Shown here one piece after another: positions 31,232 through 45,755 of a stretch of 64,000 nt of DNA. Position numbers and translations under genes: made by a program. Source of the DNA: Eledone cirrhosa. Taxonomy: Eukaryota. Location: assembly GCA_964016885.1 (NCBI GenBank), contig OZ024742.1, positions 213,900,001-213,964,000 on the forward strand, in the 5' to 3' direction. Positions within the stretch are counted from its first letter, which is position 1. The number at the start of each line of letters is the position of its first letter. The notes beneath the pieces are model-generated. The model was not told where the DNA came from, searched no databases, and saw only the letters and a list, made by a program, of their open reading frames with translations.

Positions 31232-32370
31232 CTGAACTACTCACAACACATACATTTGGTCCATAACATTTTTTTACATGTTTACCTGTTTTCTGAAGCA
31301 TTTTTTTGTTGGGATTATTGTTAAACATTTAAGCTTTTTCCCCGCAAAAAGGTGTCTCTAATAATTCGGTATTTATGGGCAAAATCTGTATTTTAAGTAC
31401 AACCACGTCCCTATTTTTTTAAAGAAAAAAAAATGAAGCCGCAAAAACACCCACGGATTATCATAACGGAATAGCCAGAGGTACACCGAAGAGAAGAGCC
31501 AGAGGTTAACTGGAACTCATACAACTGGCGACACTTCAGACATATGTGAATACAACGCAAAAATATAAATACCGCTGCCGGCTTAACTTCCACCATTATC
31601 ACAATACAAATCAACACTACCAACAACATCAACGAAGACAAATGTATTTATAACTTAAACCTTCAAGTCAAGATATTTTTAAAAATAACACCAAAGAAAA
31701 CAATATCGACGACAGGGACATCACTATCAACGCCAATAATAACAACTACAACGACAACAACATCTGCAGTGACAGAAGCGACAATAATAATGATATCGAT
31801 GACAGAAACAACAATAACAATGATATCGATGGCAGTAACAACAACAATAACAGCACCAACAAAGAACGACAGCGTCATCAGCAGCAGAAGCAACAATAAC
31901 ACCTATATCAATGACAGAAACAACAACAAAAACAAAAAAGAAACCTCCACCACCATCACAGCAGAAAATATTGAAGCTAACAACAACAGTGATCACGAAA
32001 ATGGGAAAAGAAATACTACAGCCACGTAAAAAGAACTCAGCAGCGAACTGGTCTTGAGACACTTTAGATATCCTACTCTCGTTCAAACTAAACAAAACAA
32101 ATCCCAGAAGTTATTCACCTGTCGAATGAAGTAGTGCTGAGTGTGAGAGGTGAGGGAAGAAAACTACAATGTTATTTATGTGTAAACCATTTGAAAACAT
32201 CCCCCTTCCCCTTCCCCCGCAAAAAATCAACTGGAAGACCCATATATATACGTGTGTGTATGTGTATATATAAATGTGCGTGTGTGTGTGTGTGTGTATA
32301 TACATACATATATATGTATGTGTGTGTATATATATATGTGAGTGTCTGTGATCTATATACATTGGTCATA

Positions 32371-32442
<72 letters not shown>

Positions 32443-32591
32443 AATGGAATAGAATGAAACGAAATTTCATTTCTCACTCTTAGTACGGCACTTACTTAAA
32501 TGTAAGTATGTATGTATGTATGTATGTATACATATGTATACATATATACATATACATATACATATACATATACGTATACATACATACTTAC

Positions 32592-32640
<49 letters not shown>

Positions 32641-34321
32641 TATATATATATACACAACAACACTACCAGCTCTCTCTTCCATTCTCCTTCTCTGTTTTCT
32701 CTCCCTCTCTCTATGTCTCTCTTTCAATCTACTCTCTCACAACCACTATCTGTTTCTCTCTATCCTTCTCCCTCTCTGCTTATAAAGGTACCCCGAAAAC
32801 CCCCTATCTCGGGAACCCGTGCTTCGAATTACGCGAAACTTGTTTTATTCCATTTGTATTCCCATTTCAGGGTCAATTTCCTTTCAAAGTATTTTCCCAT
32901 TATGCGCCCTTTTGGCTGTATTACATTACAGACAAGCGAGCAAGCAATCACAGACTGTTAGTAATATATATATATAGATAATAGAGTTGCTGTTGTTGTT
33001 TAGACCCAGTCTAATGACGCTGGTCTAAGATGAAAGCCATTCAATGAGGGACCAGTTATCTTCACCTTTGTAAATCATGGACGATGTTGTTTAGTGTGCC
33101 CTTCTTTAGTTATAAATAAGGTATGATTTAGAAGAGTTTTAACCGATACTCTAGCAGATTAAGTGAGCACAAATAGACTCCCATCTGTTACACTGTATGG
33201 TGTACACATTTTACAATTTTATGTCTGTCTCTTATATGCCTCGTTTGAAACTGATCTTCTGATCGTGAGAAAAAGTAAGGGAAATATACAGTTGTTTTTC
33301 ACAATCATATTAATGATTACATATGCAGAACAATGTCCTTATAGTTTTTCATTTATTTTTGGTGAATGTTTTCTTTTTGAAACATTTTTCTTTCTGGAAA
33401 GAAATATTAGTACAAAAAAAAAAAAGGCAAAACCAACCAGAATTTCGTCTTCATTGGACAGTCAAATTACTCTTATGTTGTTTATTCCTAAATAAAAAAA
33501 AAATTTACTTCAAAAATATTGAATTGATAGAGAAAATATATAGATTTGACAGAAAAAAAGAAACAGTAGGATAACAACAATAAATAATAAAAAGCAATAA
33601 AATCAAACGAAAATAAGATATATGATTGTAAGTTGGAATCAGTGAAATCATTCTAAATCACAACCCTAAGTGGAAACAAATTTTTTCTTTACAAATGACA
33701 AATAGAATAACGAAATGTTTCTCAGTACAAAAGTACATCTTTTTTTTCTTCTTTTACGTATAAAGTTCACATCTTGTTCCAAGATCATAGAATGAACTAA
33801 AACCTTTACACGATTGGTTACTGGCATTTTATAAAGCAGTATTTTGTAGCTTAATTATTTCATTTTATTTATCTATAAGCTAGAGTCTACTTAAATAGAA
33901 ATAAACTACATATATGTATAATATACAAAGTTCATACATATTATATATATATATACTCTCTCACATGTAATTATTTCAAAATAAACGAATTAGAGTTTAT
34001 TCGTTGTTGCCTTGCAGTCTTTAAAACCTTTGTTAGGTGACCTGGGTTACCTGATTATATTAAAAAGCGCATTCTGCTTTTTATTCATAGAAAACTTTGT
34101 AAATTTATTTGTATCTAAAAGACTTAATACGACCCGAAGTCATACAATTTTATGAGCATAATCTTTTTGTCTATTTAATTAATATAAAAACTTGGTATGA
34201 AACCTGTGATTAGCTACCATTTCTGCGGTATTATACTGATAAGGAAAAAATACCATACTTCCTGAATAGAACGCCACCCTGTTGGTGTTGAGTTCCACAA
34301 AAAAGCCTGTATTATTTTCTA

Positions 34322-34442
34322 TTCTGAGTTCAAATCCCGCCGAGGTCAACTTTGCCTTTTATCCTTACGGGGTCGATAAAATAAAGTACCAGTAATGTAC
34401 TGGGTAATTGCTGGCCTTGTGCCAAAAGTAGAAACAATTATT
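34322..34442 (+). mobile_element. Family A SINE (partial)
   Basis: B box, core and tail. Confidence 0.85.
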
Positions 34443-34634
34443 TTCTTTACATAAAGGTGAACTAAGGGACATATACAAGTTTAAAAGCAGAAAAAGGAAA
34501 AACATATTTTACCTCAACTGATTGGACTCTTTAGCAAAATTGAAATGTGTATTTTAATCGAAGAAATTGTGTTTCACACTGGGAAACATCTTACAGGTTA
34601 AAATATATATATATATACATTTTTTTCTTTTTTT

Positions 34635-35437
34635 CTAGGGCGGGTAAAATTCCAGAGATCCATGGACGAGTTCTCTCCAGCGGTCTCTGTCCCTCATTAT
34701 CGCTGCCATGTTCTGCGTTTCCAGCAGACCAGTGTCTGTCCTTAGGGCATCAACATACGTTAAACTTGGTCTTCATCTTCCAGTGTGTCCATGTAGGGGC
34801 TCCCACAGGATCACTGAGTGCAATGTAAACTCTGGATATCGGTGAGCATGTCCAGTTAACCTCAGTCTCCTCTGTGTCACTTTTGAGCTGACTTTTGGGA
34901 GGCTCCCATAGAGTTTTTCATCCTCAGTGTATATTGATTAATGTTTAGAGCCATCCTCAGCATTCTCGTGTAGCACCCATCCACCATCTGAATGAGATTC
35001 TTGGCCAGTGTCCAAGTCTCAGACCCGTACAGTAGCACAGACTCCACTACAGCAATGAAGAGGCGGATTTTCAGGTCTTTACGAAGGTCCGACTTCCACA
35101 CCGATCTCAAGCTGTGGCACGCCGCCCAGACTTTGCTCTTCCTCTCAACCACATCATCTTCCGTATTCCCAATCTTTGCTGCCAAATACAGGAAGTCCTC
35201 AACCAATTCTCGCAGCTTCCTGCCTACATTAGTGATCTGCTCTGGCTTCTCAACATTCTCTACCAGATATTTTGTTTTAGTCTCATTCATTCTCAGCCCC
35301 ACACTCATCGACACAGTCTCAACCTCCTGCATCAAATCTTCTGCCTCCTTCACTGTATTTGTCACCAAAACTATGTCGTCGGCAAATTCAGCATCTGATA
35401 TTTTTTTCGCCTTAACTCTCCTGCTCTGAGTCGGTGC
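34635..35437 (-). mobile_element. RTE-like LINE 3' fragment (RT C-half pseudogene)
   Basis: EFADDIVL...GLRMNETKTKY, VEDFLYL, VESVLLYGSETW, DGCYTRMLRMAL. Confidence 0.88.
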
Positions 35438-35543
35438 TACATATATATATGTATATATACATATATTATATGTATATATATATGTATATATACATATATG
35501 TATATATGTATATGTTTATATATTTGTGTGTGTATGTGTAATG

Positions 35544-35585
<42 letters not shown>

Positions 35586-35688
35586 ACGTACATGTCCAAT
35601 TTTACGTGTGATAGAGTGTGTATGTGTAGGTATTTTATGCACGTATATATGTATATATTTATATATGTGTGTGTGTATGTGTAATGTA

Positions 35689-35725
<37 letters not shown>

Positions 35726-36005
35726 CGTACATGTCCAATTTTACGTGTGATAGAGTGTGTATGTGTAGGTATTTTATGCACGTATGTGTGTATATGTGTG
35801 ATCGTATATACGTGGATAGATTTCTTTATTTATATTTATCTCCGTTATTTTTGTTTTTGCTTTTGTTTATAATGTTTTTTTCTCTTGTAATGCTCAGGAT
35901 AGGTGCATCCATTGAATTCTAGGCCCATGTTTGGTTATTCTATATGCTTGTTTGTGTCTTTGCCGGTTTGTCCACAGAATTGATGTGATTTTTGTTGTGT
36001 TAACA

Positions 36006-36092
36006 CTGGTCTGAAGATCAGGCAGAATTGGAGTCTGGTCTGGGTGCCAACCTAGATCCCGAATCAGCTGCTTGAGAAATATTTGTAACTAG
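36006..36092 (+). ncRNA. Type I hammerhead ribozyme with long stem II
   Basis: CTGGT CTGAAGA TCAGGCAG..CTGCTTGA GAAA TATTT GTA| ACTAG; AATAAA at 36101. Confidence 0.78.
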
Positions 36093-36133
36093 GATTGAAC
36101 AATAAATCTCTTATGTAATACCTTCACTTTGCT

Positions 36134-36200
<67 letters not shown>

Positions 36201-36877
36201 GTGTGTGTGTGTGTATGTGTGTGTTTATGTTTGTTCATCTTTCCTTCCAAATTTTCATGACACTCACCTCTCATTTGTAATTAGACCCTTAAGCTTCCCA
36301 TCACCCAACTTTTTACAGTTTTTTCCAAATATAATATGATATATAAATACACTTATCATTAACTTTCTTCTAGTTTTGTATCCACAACAATAAGGCTTAA
36401 TCAACCTTTCCTATACTAAAACATTTGTAAAATACACCAACATCTTATTGCATTCTTAACCTTATAACCAGTATTACTTAGATCACCTCTCTGACCCTTA
36501 CAACAAAATCCCTAATATCATTTTCACCCCATCGTCGTTTTCTATAATAAATGATGACATGTGTCCTATTTTGATTTACACCTCCACATTTGTACATACG
36601 CTCTCACACCTTTACCGCTCCCTCCAAATCTTGATGATTCTCACTTGTCATTCGCAATTTTACCTCTAATCCACCCACTATCCAGCTTTTTATTGTCTCT
36701 TTTCAACAATATAGGATGTAAATACACTTACCTCAGTAACATTCTTTTGGTCTTGCATCCACCAGTAATGAGGTTGTTTGCTTGCAAACGAATCGAATAT
36801 TATTATTATCATTATTTGATATAAAACTCATAAATACATTTATGTAACCCGCTAAGTGAGATCGAGAAACAAAATTC

Positions 36878-36914
<37 letters not shown>

Positions 36915-36916
<2 letters not shown>

Positions 36917-37242
36917 GAAAGGTAAACAGAAATAACAACACAATCGGTACAATATATGGAAGGTATACATTAGGTTAACGCTTGATATAGCAGGAAGAGT
37001 GTCTTAACGTTTCGGACGCTAGTCCTTCATCAGAAGGAAGAATGCGGGATGGAATTGGAAAAAAATGTCTTTAGATAAAAATAATAGGTCCATTCATGTT
37101 GACATCTCTTGCAAAACTGTTGGTGCTGGCATTTTGTATATGATTTGTTTTTTAGAAAAGTGGATGATGGCGCGCGTCTACCTGAAATGGAAAAAAAAAC
37201 AGTTTTGTAAAAAGAGGTATACTTGAGCACGTGCGTAAGCAT

Positions 37243-37299
<57 letters not shown>

Positions 37300-39370
37300 T
37301 GTGTTATTATAGGTCCGTACGAAGCTAAGAAGAGATATGTGTATATATGAGAGTAAAAGAGTGTGTGTACATGTAAGTACGAAGCTAAGAGCAAAGAGAA
37401 AGCGATAGGAATCTAGGGGTGTGATAATGGACGGGGTATTAGAAAAATTGGGGAGGTGAGTTGAGTCCAAGAGGGGAATAGGACCCAAGACGGTGAATCA
37501 GACTTTGTTCAGTCCTGGTGCGCGAGGCCTGGGTGGAGTCGTGGGAGAGGACGAAAAAGAACTATGAACCAGGAGGTCGCGGAGGTTTCGGGCGCGCTTA
37601 AAAGCAGTAATGGGTGGGTTTGGAAAAAAAGCGAGAAGTGACGGAGTCAGAAGAGTGGATACCGAAGAAACGGAGGATATGTCGCCGGTGTGGTAGGGTA
37701 TTGGTGTGGTAGGTGAGAGGGAAAGGTACACGGATGTTGGGAGGGTGGGGGTGACGTGAGAGGGCTGTGGTGCGGTCTGTTTCACGGGCGCGGGTGCGAG
37801 CAGCTTGGATCAAGGTGGGGGGATATCCACACTGGATGAAGCAGGAAGCCATGCGAAGGGAATGGGTTTCGAAATCGTCGTCTTGGCTACAGAGTCGACG
37901 AAGACGGAGGAATTGGGAATAGGCTATGGAGTGTTTGGTGTGGGTTGGATGGGAGGAGGTGAAGTCGAGATAAGATTGGGAGTCTGTTGGTTTAATGAAG
38001 ATGGAAGTAGAGAGGGTGTAGTGAGAGTGATTAATAGATAGAGAGATATCTAGAAAAGTGACAGAAGTATCGGAGACCGAGGCGGTGAAATTGAAAGCAG
38101 GATGGAAAGATTGGACAAAAGAAAGAAAACAGTCGAGCTGTTCTCGTGATAGAGAGGTGGCGCCGATACAGTCGTCGATATAAGGACCGTATAACTCAGG
38201 AGTCGGTCCAGCGTACTGGAAGAAGATCTGGGCTTCGACGTAGCCAACAAATAAGTTGGCATAGTTTGGACCCATTCTGGTTCCCATCGCTACCCAGAGA
38301 CCTGCTGGTAAAATTCACCCGAAAAACAAATCCATTAAGGGTGAGAACAAGCTCAGCTAGACGGAGAAGAGTGGTAGTGCTGGGGTGAGGGGTAGGGCGT
38401 AAATCTAAAAAATGCTGGAGAGCGCGGAGGCTGTCAACATGAGGGATGATGGTATAGAGAGAAGTGATGTCCAGGGTAAAGAGAAGGCGGGAGGGACCAG
38501 GAGGGAAGGAGGAGAAAGAGTTGAAAAGTCTAAGAGCATGATTTGTATCGTGGATGTGGGAGGGGAGATTGCCGACCAACGGGGCGAGGATGGTTTCTAA
38601 ATATTCAGAAATTATCTCGGTGGGGCAGTTGCATGCAGAAACGATAGGACGGCCAGGATTATTTTGTTTGTGTATTTTGGGGAGGAAGTAGATGGTGAGT
38701 GTGCGAGGGGTGCGTACAATAAGGTTGGTGGCTGTGGGGTCGAAGGATAAAGGGCGGTAAAAAAAGGGTTATTGTGAAGCTGGCGGAGAGCCTCAGCCCT
38801 ATAGAGGTCAGCGCTCCAAAACACCACAGCGCCACCTTTGTCAGCGGGTTTGATGACAATGTCATCGCGAGACCGAAGGTTGCGAAGAGCGGAGAGTTCA
38901 GTTCGCGTGATGTTAGAACGACGAGAATGCAGGTGGAATTTGATCCGAATCACAGTACGCCGGCAAGTATCGACAAAGGAGTCGAGGGTGCTGAACTAGC
39001 CAGAGCTCGTCGTCCAATGTGATTGGCCGGCGACTGAGACGAGTGAAGTCATCCGTCTGTGTTGATGATGGCGTGTCGGGAAAAAAAAGCTTTCAGCTTT
39101 AAGCGACGGAAGAACCCTTCAATCTCGGCACGTGTGCCGAACTCGTCGCAAGTAGATGTGGTTGGTATAAAACGCAAACCACGAGCGAAGAGGGAGCGCT
39201 CAGCTTCGGAGGGTGGTAGGTCCTGGGGTATCGTAACTACAGTTCAGGGACGTGGGTGAGTGAAAGTAGCGGAAGCGGAGGGGTCAAGATAGTTGGGCAA
39301 AGCGTGTGCAGATACAGTGGTAGGTGACGGGATAGAGGGGTTAGGGTTGGATGTGATATGAATATGGGTG
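36915..39370 (-). mobile_element. Penelope-like element (Neptune-like), RT pseudogene with truncated endonuclease
   Basis: SEAERSLFARGLRFIPT, DIVIKPADKGGAVV, DITSLYTIIPH, MGTRMGPNYANLF, YIDD, FLDI, YSQFLRLRRLCS, AFKRARNLRDLLVHS, EQSLIHRLG. Confidence 0.92.
37003..37036 (-). ncRNA. Minimal (dimer-type) hammerhead ribozyme in the 3' pLTR of the Penelope-like element
   Basis: CTT CTGATGA A GGAC TAGC GTCC GAAAC GTT| AAG; loopless palindromic stem III (AACGTT). Confidence 0.75.
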
Positions 39371-41645
39371 ATATATATATATATATATATACATATATAT
39401 TTGTCTCTCCAGTTGATTTTGACGTTTGAGTACGAACAACCTATTCAGTTCATTCAGTTTGGATATTTATATCGAGTATGAAATTTTCGATCTGCCATGT
39501 ATTTGCAAGCAAGTTCACAGATTGTACAAGAGTGAGATTTACTGGATAATGTTACTAGAAATAATTACCAAATTTCCTACTGATAGAATATGAGCCATCA
39601 ATCTCTCTGCTAGTTGTTTGTAAATGTACGCATTCGTCCATATGTATTGTCGTATGTTATTGTACTTTGTAGTAAAACTGTTGTGATAGGGTTATAGCCT
39701 AGTGTCTTGACACCCACTGTGAGCGCATTGAGAGTTTAAATATTGTCAATTATTGTCAGATTTTGTCGTTCCTACTTTCATGTTTATTTAATCAATGAGA
39801 CTCATCTTCTACAAATCTTTGAACTGTACCAATAATGTTACTATAAATATCTTGGCATTTCTTTTCGCCGTTTTGTCACTCTCAGTAGATTCAAGAGTAT
39901 TTTTCTGTTCAGTTTCTAATTTCGTCTATTTCTTTTCTTTCATTTCAAAATCCTGTGATAGATCTTGATAATTGTGAAGCTTTAGAGGAGAAGTTACAAG
40001 TTAATACAGATTACGATCAACAATGTGTCAGCATGCCATTCATTTTCATTGTTGTAGCTCTTCCTTAAATTCTTATTACAGTTCTAGGTTGAAGATGATA
40101 TATCAGTTTTACGTAATTCATTTGATCAAAATAGAATTTTTGCACTCCCCTTCTTATATCTTTCTCTAATTTCATTAATTTTCTCTTTATGAAATTTAAA
40201 TAATTTTTACTTCATTTCTCTTACAACCAGCATTTATGATGGCGACATATTTCCCACGGAGTTATTCAAGTAAACAAATAACATTACACCAATACTCTGA
40301 CCACTTTCACTTCATTTAATGCTTTTGAGAATTTCAACAGTTTTGTTTTTGTTAGACCATTTCATTGTACATTGTTTATTCATGTATATTGGACTACTTT
40401 CATATTTAACTTCCTAAACATAAATTAAATATTTAAACTCGAATGTGTTGTAACATAGATTGATTTTAGCTGACAAGTAGATTTGAAATTTCATGACGCG
40501 GAAAAAACTGCCGCTGTTGTAATGTTTCGCTGAGCGATGATAACATAATACCACGAAACTTTAATTAGGGTTTCTAATTTTGGCAAAACGCCAGCAATTT
40601 GTGTGGTGGGGTGTGGGGTGGGAAGTCGATTATATTTTATTGTATCACAGCGAGAAAGAAAGAAATTTATTAATATGTAATCACTACATTATATAAGTTA
40701 GCAATTTAGCAATTTGATGTCTTCTTTTCTTCGCCCTCTTATTCCCGAGAGAGTCCTGGGGGCAGAGGCAACCGTCTCCAACTGACCCAACTGATCGCCA
40801 AGCATGACCAGCTAAGCTCATGGATGTTACCCAACCATTTTGCTCGGGGTCTACCCCTGGGTCTCCTACCTGTTGGTTTTAAATTATATATGATATTCTG
40901 AGAGTATTAGATCATGTTGAAGTTCCTATTCCACGTGGAACAATAAATATTTGCTCCCATAACAACAAAGCACCTGTCATCTGTGTGTCTAATACTCGTT
41001 CTGCCATAGTCTAACTTACCGGCTACAATGCCATGACTACCAAAGTTTACATGGGCACAAAGGTAAGCAGAATACAGAGGTAATCCACTGCTTGAATTCC
41101 AAGAAATAACAACCGATTTTCTCTTGAATCCTTCCTATACCCACTGTATTAAATGGGGAAGGAGATGTCTGATAATGTAGTTATAGATACTCTATATAGG
41201 AAAAGATGACGGGATGGCAACGGCTAGAAAATGTTTGATCAGAGGGATGGCTGAACACTAGAGAGAGAAAGAGAGGAGAAGGAGATCGAGGGATAAGGGG
41301 TGAGAGAGATAGAGTAAAGAGAGAAGAGGGGGTAAATGAGAGAGATAGATAAACTAAGGAGGGGAGAGAGTGAGAAATGAGAGAGAGTAAGAGAAAGAAA
41401 TAGAGAGGGAGAAAGAAAAAGGAAGGGAGAAAGGCCATAGAGAATATTCAGAATGTCATATTGTGCACTTATTATAAAGGAAGGAGGGGAAAAGAGAGAG
41501 AAAGAAAGTAAAGGGAGAAGAGAGCGGGAAAGGAGAGAGAGGTAAAATAAGGAGAGAGAGGAAGAGAGAGAGAGAGAAGAAGAGGGGAGGAGAAGAGAAA
41601 GAGAGGAAGAGGGGCAAGATAAAATATCCAGAATGTCATATATGT

Positions 41646-43458
41646 TTCTTTATTAGCCACAGGGGCACAAAAGAAGGGGACAAATACAAAGGGGGAAGTT
41701 TACATACAATAAAAACGTGTAAAATATTATCACAAATGTAATTTAAAAGTTAGTCGATTTTCCCCAATAGGGGGAGACATTTCATATGGGTAACACATAC
41801 CCCCGAAAAAAATGTGCAACCGTCATCTCCAGGAATACGAAGAGTTTGTACTCCCTTCCTCTCCTCCTCTTTTTCCTCAACCTACAGGCTGATATAGAGA
41901 GAAGGCCCATTCACTCGGGCCATTCTCGCCACTTTCACCCACCTTTCATAAAACTTGCTGGGGTACAGCACCCCTCTCTCCATCCTGATTCTTCTTCCAA
42001 TGTGGTATTTGAAAAAACAATCAGTTGTTGGCCGAAGAGAAAGGTGTCTGACCTCAGCCCTTTTAACCTTGTCCACCATACAACCTCTTTCGCCATAGCT
42101 ATCACACAAAGGAAAACCGCCTCTCCTTCGTTTTTGAAGGAGGGTGGCGGTTTGATCATGACAATGGACTCGGTGGTCAACCGGATTGGTCCCACCCGCG
42201 ACAATAGTCGTTCTACATAGCCCCACAGGTCGTGTACGCCCGGGCAGTGTATGAATGCGTGCGCGACGGTTTCTTCGTCTCGCACGCACCTCGGACAGAT
42301 CTTTTTTTGCAGGGTCCCTGGCCGGGCGCCTATGTCTGTAGAGTTTGTCTCGAACTGGTAGAGCTCCTCGGTAGCACTGCCAGGCCAGGGACTTTTGGAT
42401 GTTGTCCATCGGTCCCGGGCGGAAGGTCCTACCGAACAGACTGGCCAGTTCGTCTTCCTCTACGCCCAGAGTTTCACCGAACACGTTGTCGCACTTGCTG
42501 CGGATCAACCCTCTATAGAACCACGAAGTGGAGTCTCCACTGATCGCCGGGTCCGCCTGCCAGAGGGCTGTGAGCACCTGAGCACATTCGATGTGCCAGT
42601 CGCCCATTTTCCTCGGTCTTTGCTTGACCCAGGACTGCAGCTCGGTCAGCGAGACGAGTCGTGGGAAGGTTCGCCTAACGAACGGGGCCCACACCGGTTG
42701 TCCGGTGAGGAATACGTAGAGATGCCGCAGCCTGAGCGCGTGTTTGTGCATCGTCAGCCACGGCATCCCAAGCCCTCCGTTGGAAGGGCGTTGGCAGCAG
42801 ATGGATCTTCTCACCAATGGAGCCCGCCTCTTTCAAAGGAATTGGAAGAGCGCGCGCTCCATTTTGGCGAGCGTTTAGGCTGGACAAGGCACGACGGTCA
42901 AGCGGTAGTAGATGGCGGACGCTATAAAAGTGTTCGCCACCTCCGCTCGACCTTTCAAAGATAGTTTGCACTAGGCCCACTTCTGGGTGAGTGCAAACCC
43001 CTTGGCCAACACTTCCTTCCAGTTCTTCTCCACCTGGAGGTCCGGACCAAACCAGACCCCGAGCAGCTTTACAGGCCCTTCCGTCCACCGTCCGACGACG
43101 CCATCGGAAGGCATCGGTTTGCCTCTCCACGTTCCCAGTTGCAAACCGATGGACTTGTCCCGGTTCAGCTTCTGTGAACCTTTCGTATTGCTTCAGTAAG
43201 GTGCCGACTTCCTCGATTTACGAGGCGCTCGACACCATTACTGTCACGTCGTCCGCGTAGGCCGACGCCGCTTTCCGCAGTCCCGGTTCCAGAGGGATAC
43301 CCTGCAATAGTTCCAACTTCCGCAGTAGTGGCTCGAGAGTCAATACGTACAGAAGGGAGGAGAGAGGGCATCCCTGTCGAATGGATCGCGTGATATGGAA
43401 CGGCTCCGAGAGGTAGCCGTTCACCTTAACCTTTGAGCAGATGTTGCTGTTATGCATG
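41646..43458 (-). mobile_element. Second Tx1/L1-clade LINE copy, 5'-truncated
   Basis: Homologous to ~27462-29252 (SIRQGCPLSSLLYVL, AYADD, GGLGMPWL, AFIHCP) with the same 3' end CCCTTCTTTTGTGCCC..CTAATAAAGAAA. Confidence 0.92.
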
Positions 43459-43698
43459 ATACTTTAACTCCTGAATGTCGAACCAACAAGACTTGGTAAA
43501 GACGTATTGGTCACGGTCGGTAATTCTTGTAAGTCTGTCAATCAGAATTCATTTACAGTTAAACAACAATAATAAAACCTCCGCTCCAGATAGTCTGTAT
43601 GACCTTCAGCATATTTCATCTGGCGCTCAAAAAAGCAAGCAGAATCGCTGAACTTGGCAAAATGCTATCTCTCTCTCTCTCGCCTATATACATATATA

Positions 43699-43741
<43 letters not shown>

Positions 43742-43749
43742 CATATATA

Positions 43750-43799
<50 letters not shown>

Positions 43800-43925
43800 T
43801 ATATATATATGTATGTATATATATACATATATATATATATACATATATATATACATATATAGATAGATATATATATATATACATATATACATATATATAT
43901 AATATATATATGTATGTATATATAT

Positions 43926-44520
43926 CATAAATCATATGCTTAGAATTATTCGATAAAATATATACCATTTCCTCTCCCAATTAGCATAATTAACCATATA
44001 AAAAATCAATTAGACCAAGCTATAAGAATAAAGACTCCTATGAAAAAATTTTAGACAAATAACCGAAAGCGGCCTCTTCGTGGTGGCCCCAATAGAGTAT
44101 TTATCCAACATTTCAACAGCATGTAGAAACTGACTAAATATACCGTCAACCATACACAATTAGGTGTAAATTCAAACTTAGAAGAAATGTGTTCATACCG
44201 TAATTATATCTCTACCATGGTTTCGTCCGTATTTTTAGATATCCTATTATTAGGATGTATCCAGAGTAACATACTCATCAGGAGAAAACTCAAGATTGGA
44301 CAGTTAATTTTCCAAAGCGATCGCGCCAAAAATAGATTAAAAAATGGCTAAGAATCGTGACGTGGCAGTGGTCAAGTTAGAAAGAATGTGATTAGTTGCT
44401 TACGGCGGGTAGGCTTGTTGCTAGAAAGCGCAGCCCAATATCGCCCAATTGTATCTCAACCTAACGGGAGATTATTAAATACAAAGATTTACATATACAC
44501 AAAGTCATAGATATATATGT
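43926..44520 (-). mobile_element. ~590-bp non-coding TA-flanked element carrying a hammerhead
   Basis: Diverged inverted homologue at 62386-62992; no ORF. Confidence 0.75.
44209..44285 (-). ncRNA. Type I hammerhead ribozyme
   Basis: TCTC CTGATGA GT..AC GAAAC CATG GTA| GAGA; palindromic stem III ACCATGGT; degenerate homologue at 62626-62704 (+). Confidence 0.75.
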
Positions 44521-44567
44521 GGCAACCGGTCACGTTGTGGCTCAATGAAGAATTAATAAATTAAATG

Positions 44568-44627
<60 letters not shown>

Positions 44628-44750
44628 GGAGGTGAGTTTTATTGTAGTACAATAAAGCAATGCAGATATCGGATAAGAAGCACTCTACAGTTTGTAGGAC
44701 TGGAGTATAAATAATATATAAGATCAAAAGATGGTTAAAAGAGTTCCATG

Positions 44751-44821
44751 TATTTTATTATGCGCATTTCAAAAACAAATATCATCATGCAATAACATTT
44801 GCGTTTTCGTCAGATAAAATA
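44751..44821 (-). ncRNA. Type I hammerhead ribozyme (left arm)
   Basis: TATTTTAT CTGACGA AAAC..GTTTTT GAAA TGCGC ATA| ATAAAATA. Confidence 0.78.
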
Positions 44822-44955
44822 GGGAGACATGATATGAAGGTTAAAACACACTTGTGAATAGTGCAGTTTTAAATCAACATATGTTGATTTAAACATATGT
44901 TGATTTAAAACTGCACTATTCACAAGTGTGTTTTAACCTTCATATCATGCCTCCC

Positions 44956-45026
44956 TATTTTATCTGACGAAAACGCAAATGTTATTGCATGATGATATTT
45001 GTTTTTGAAATACGCATAATAAAATA
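44956..45026 (+). ncRNA. Type I hammerhead ribozyme (right arm)
   Basis: TATTTTAT CTGACGA AAAC..GTTTTT GAAA TACGC ATA| ATAAAATA. Confidence 0.75.
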
Positions 45027-45066
45027 CATGGAACTCTTTTAACCATCTTTTGATCTTATATATTAG

Positions 45067-45104
<38 letters not shown>

Positions 45105-45645
45105 GGAGAGAGAGAGGGGGGTGGGGGAGCGTTTTGATATGCACTCTTTTTTCCTGCTATTAATTTTGTCTGTCACTCTTTTAAGTTGTGAATTAGACTG
45201 GTTATCTACGCACGTGGCTGACATACTTCAGCTCGCTACTATATTGTTATATAATGGATGATCTCATTTAAAGTCCGTTAAAGGTTCTTGGCACTACCAT
45301 TGTTACCATCGCTTTCCTCTAGCCATGGGCTTGGAGACATGAACCGAATGCTACCATTCTATTTTATATCAATGTGAACTGCTATTTCTAATGGCCATCT
45401 TTTCACCCCTTGATAATTTGTGTGTGAGACACGTTGGCTGAGACTTCTGACAGGAACTAAAAGATTGATTCTTTTTAGCTCCCCGTCCCCACGTAAAATT
45501 TGTAAATCAGTGGCTAGTTGAGAGATAGAGTCCTATCGGGTGCCAGTGGCTAATAGCTTTACCGTGTCAGTCGTCACAAACAGTCATGGCCGGCATAGAC
45601 TGGTCTTAGGATTCTGTCGATCGATTGGTTATTGATTAGGCGAAA

Positions 45646-45755
45646 CCCGCTGATGAAGCCGCATAAGCCGATTGTGCATTGTTGCATAATATATGCAGAC
45701 AGATGGTGCAGTGCACCTTACTGCTGCATTAGTGCAGCAGAAACTCGAGTGCGGG
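45646..45755 (+). ncRNA. Hammerhead motif with non-canonical GUG triplet and very long stem II
   Basis: CCCG CTGATGA A GCCGCAT..GTGCAGC A GAAAC TCGA GTG| CGGG. Confidence 0.65.

Larger units (their letters stand above)
44713..45064. repeat. Palindrome (~170-bp arms), one hammerhead per arm
   Basis: Arms are reverse complements with few mismatches; centre ~44880-44891. Confidence 0.95.

Noticed and set aside
31600-32030. T/N/I-rich or V-rich ORFs
   Set aside because: Degenerate (ACA/AAC)n trinucleotide low-complexity sequence with no domain or splice evidence
39700-40480. AT-rich purine-skewed stretch that might be a decayed MADF/Myb-like coding region on the minus strand
   Set aside because: Many stop codons and no convincing motif by eye; would need BLASTX
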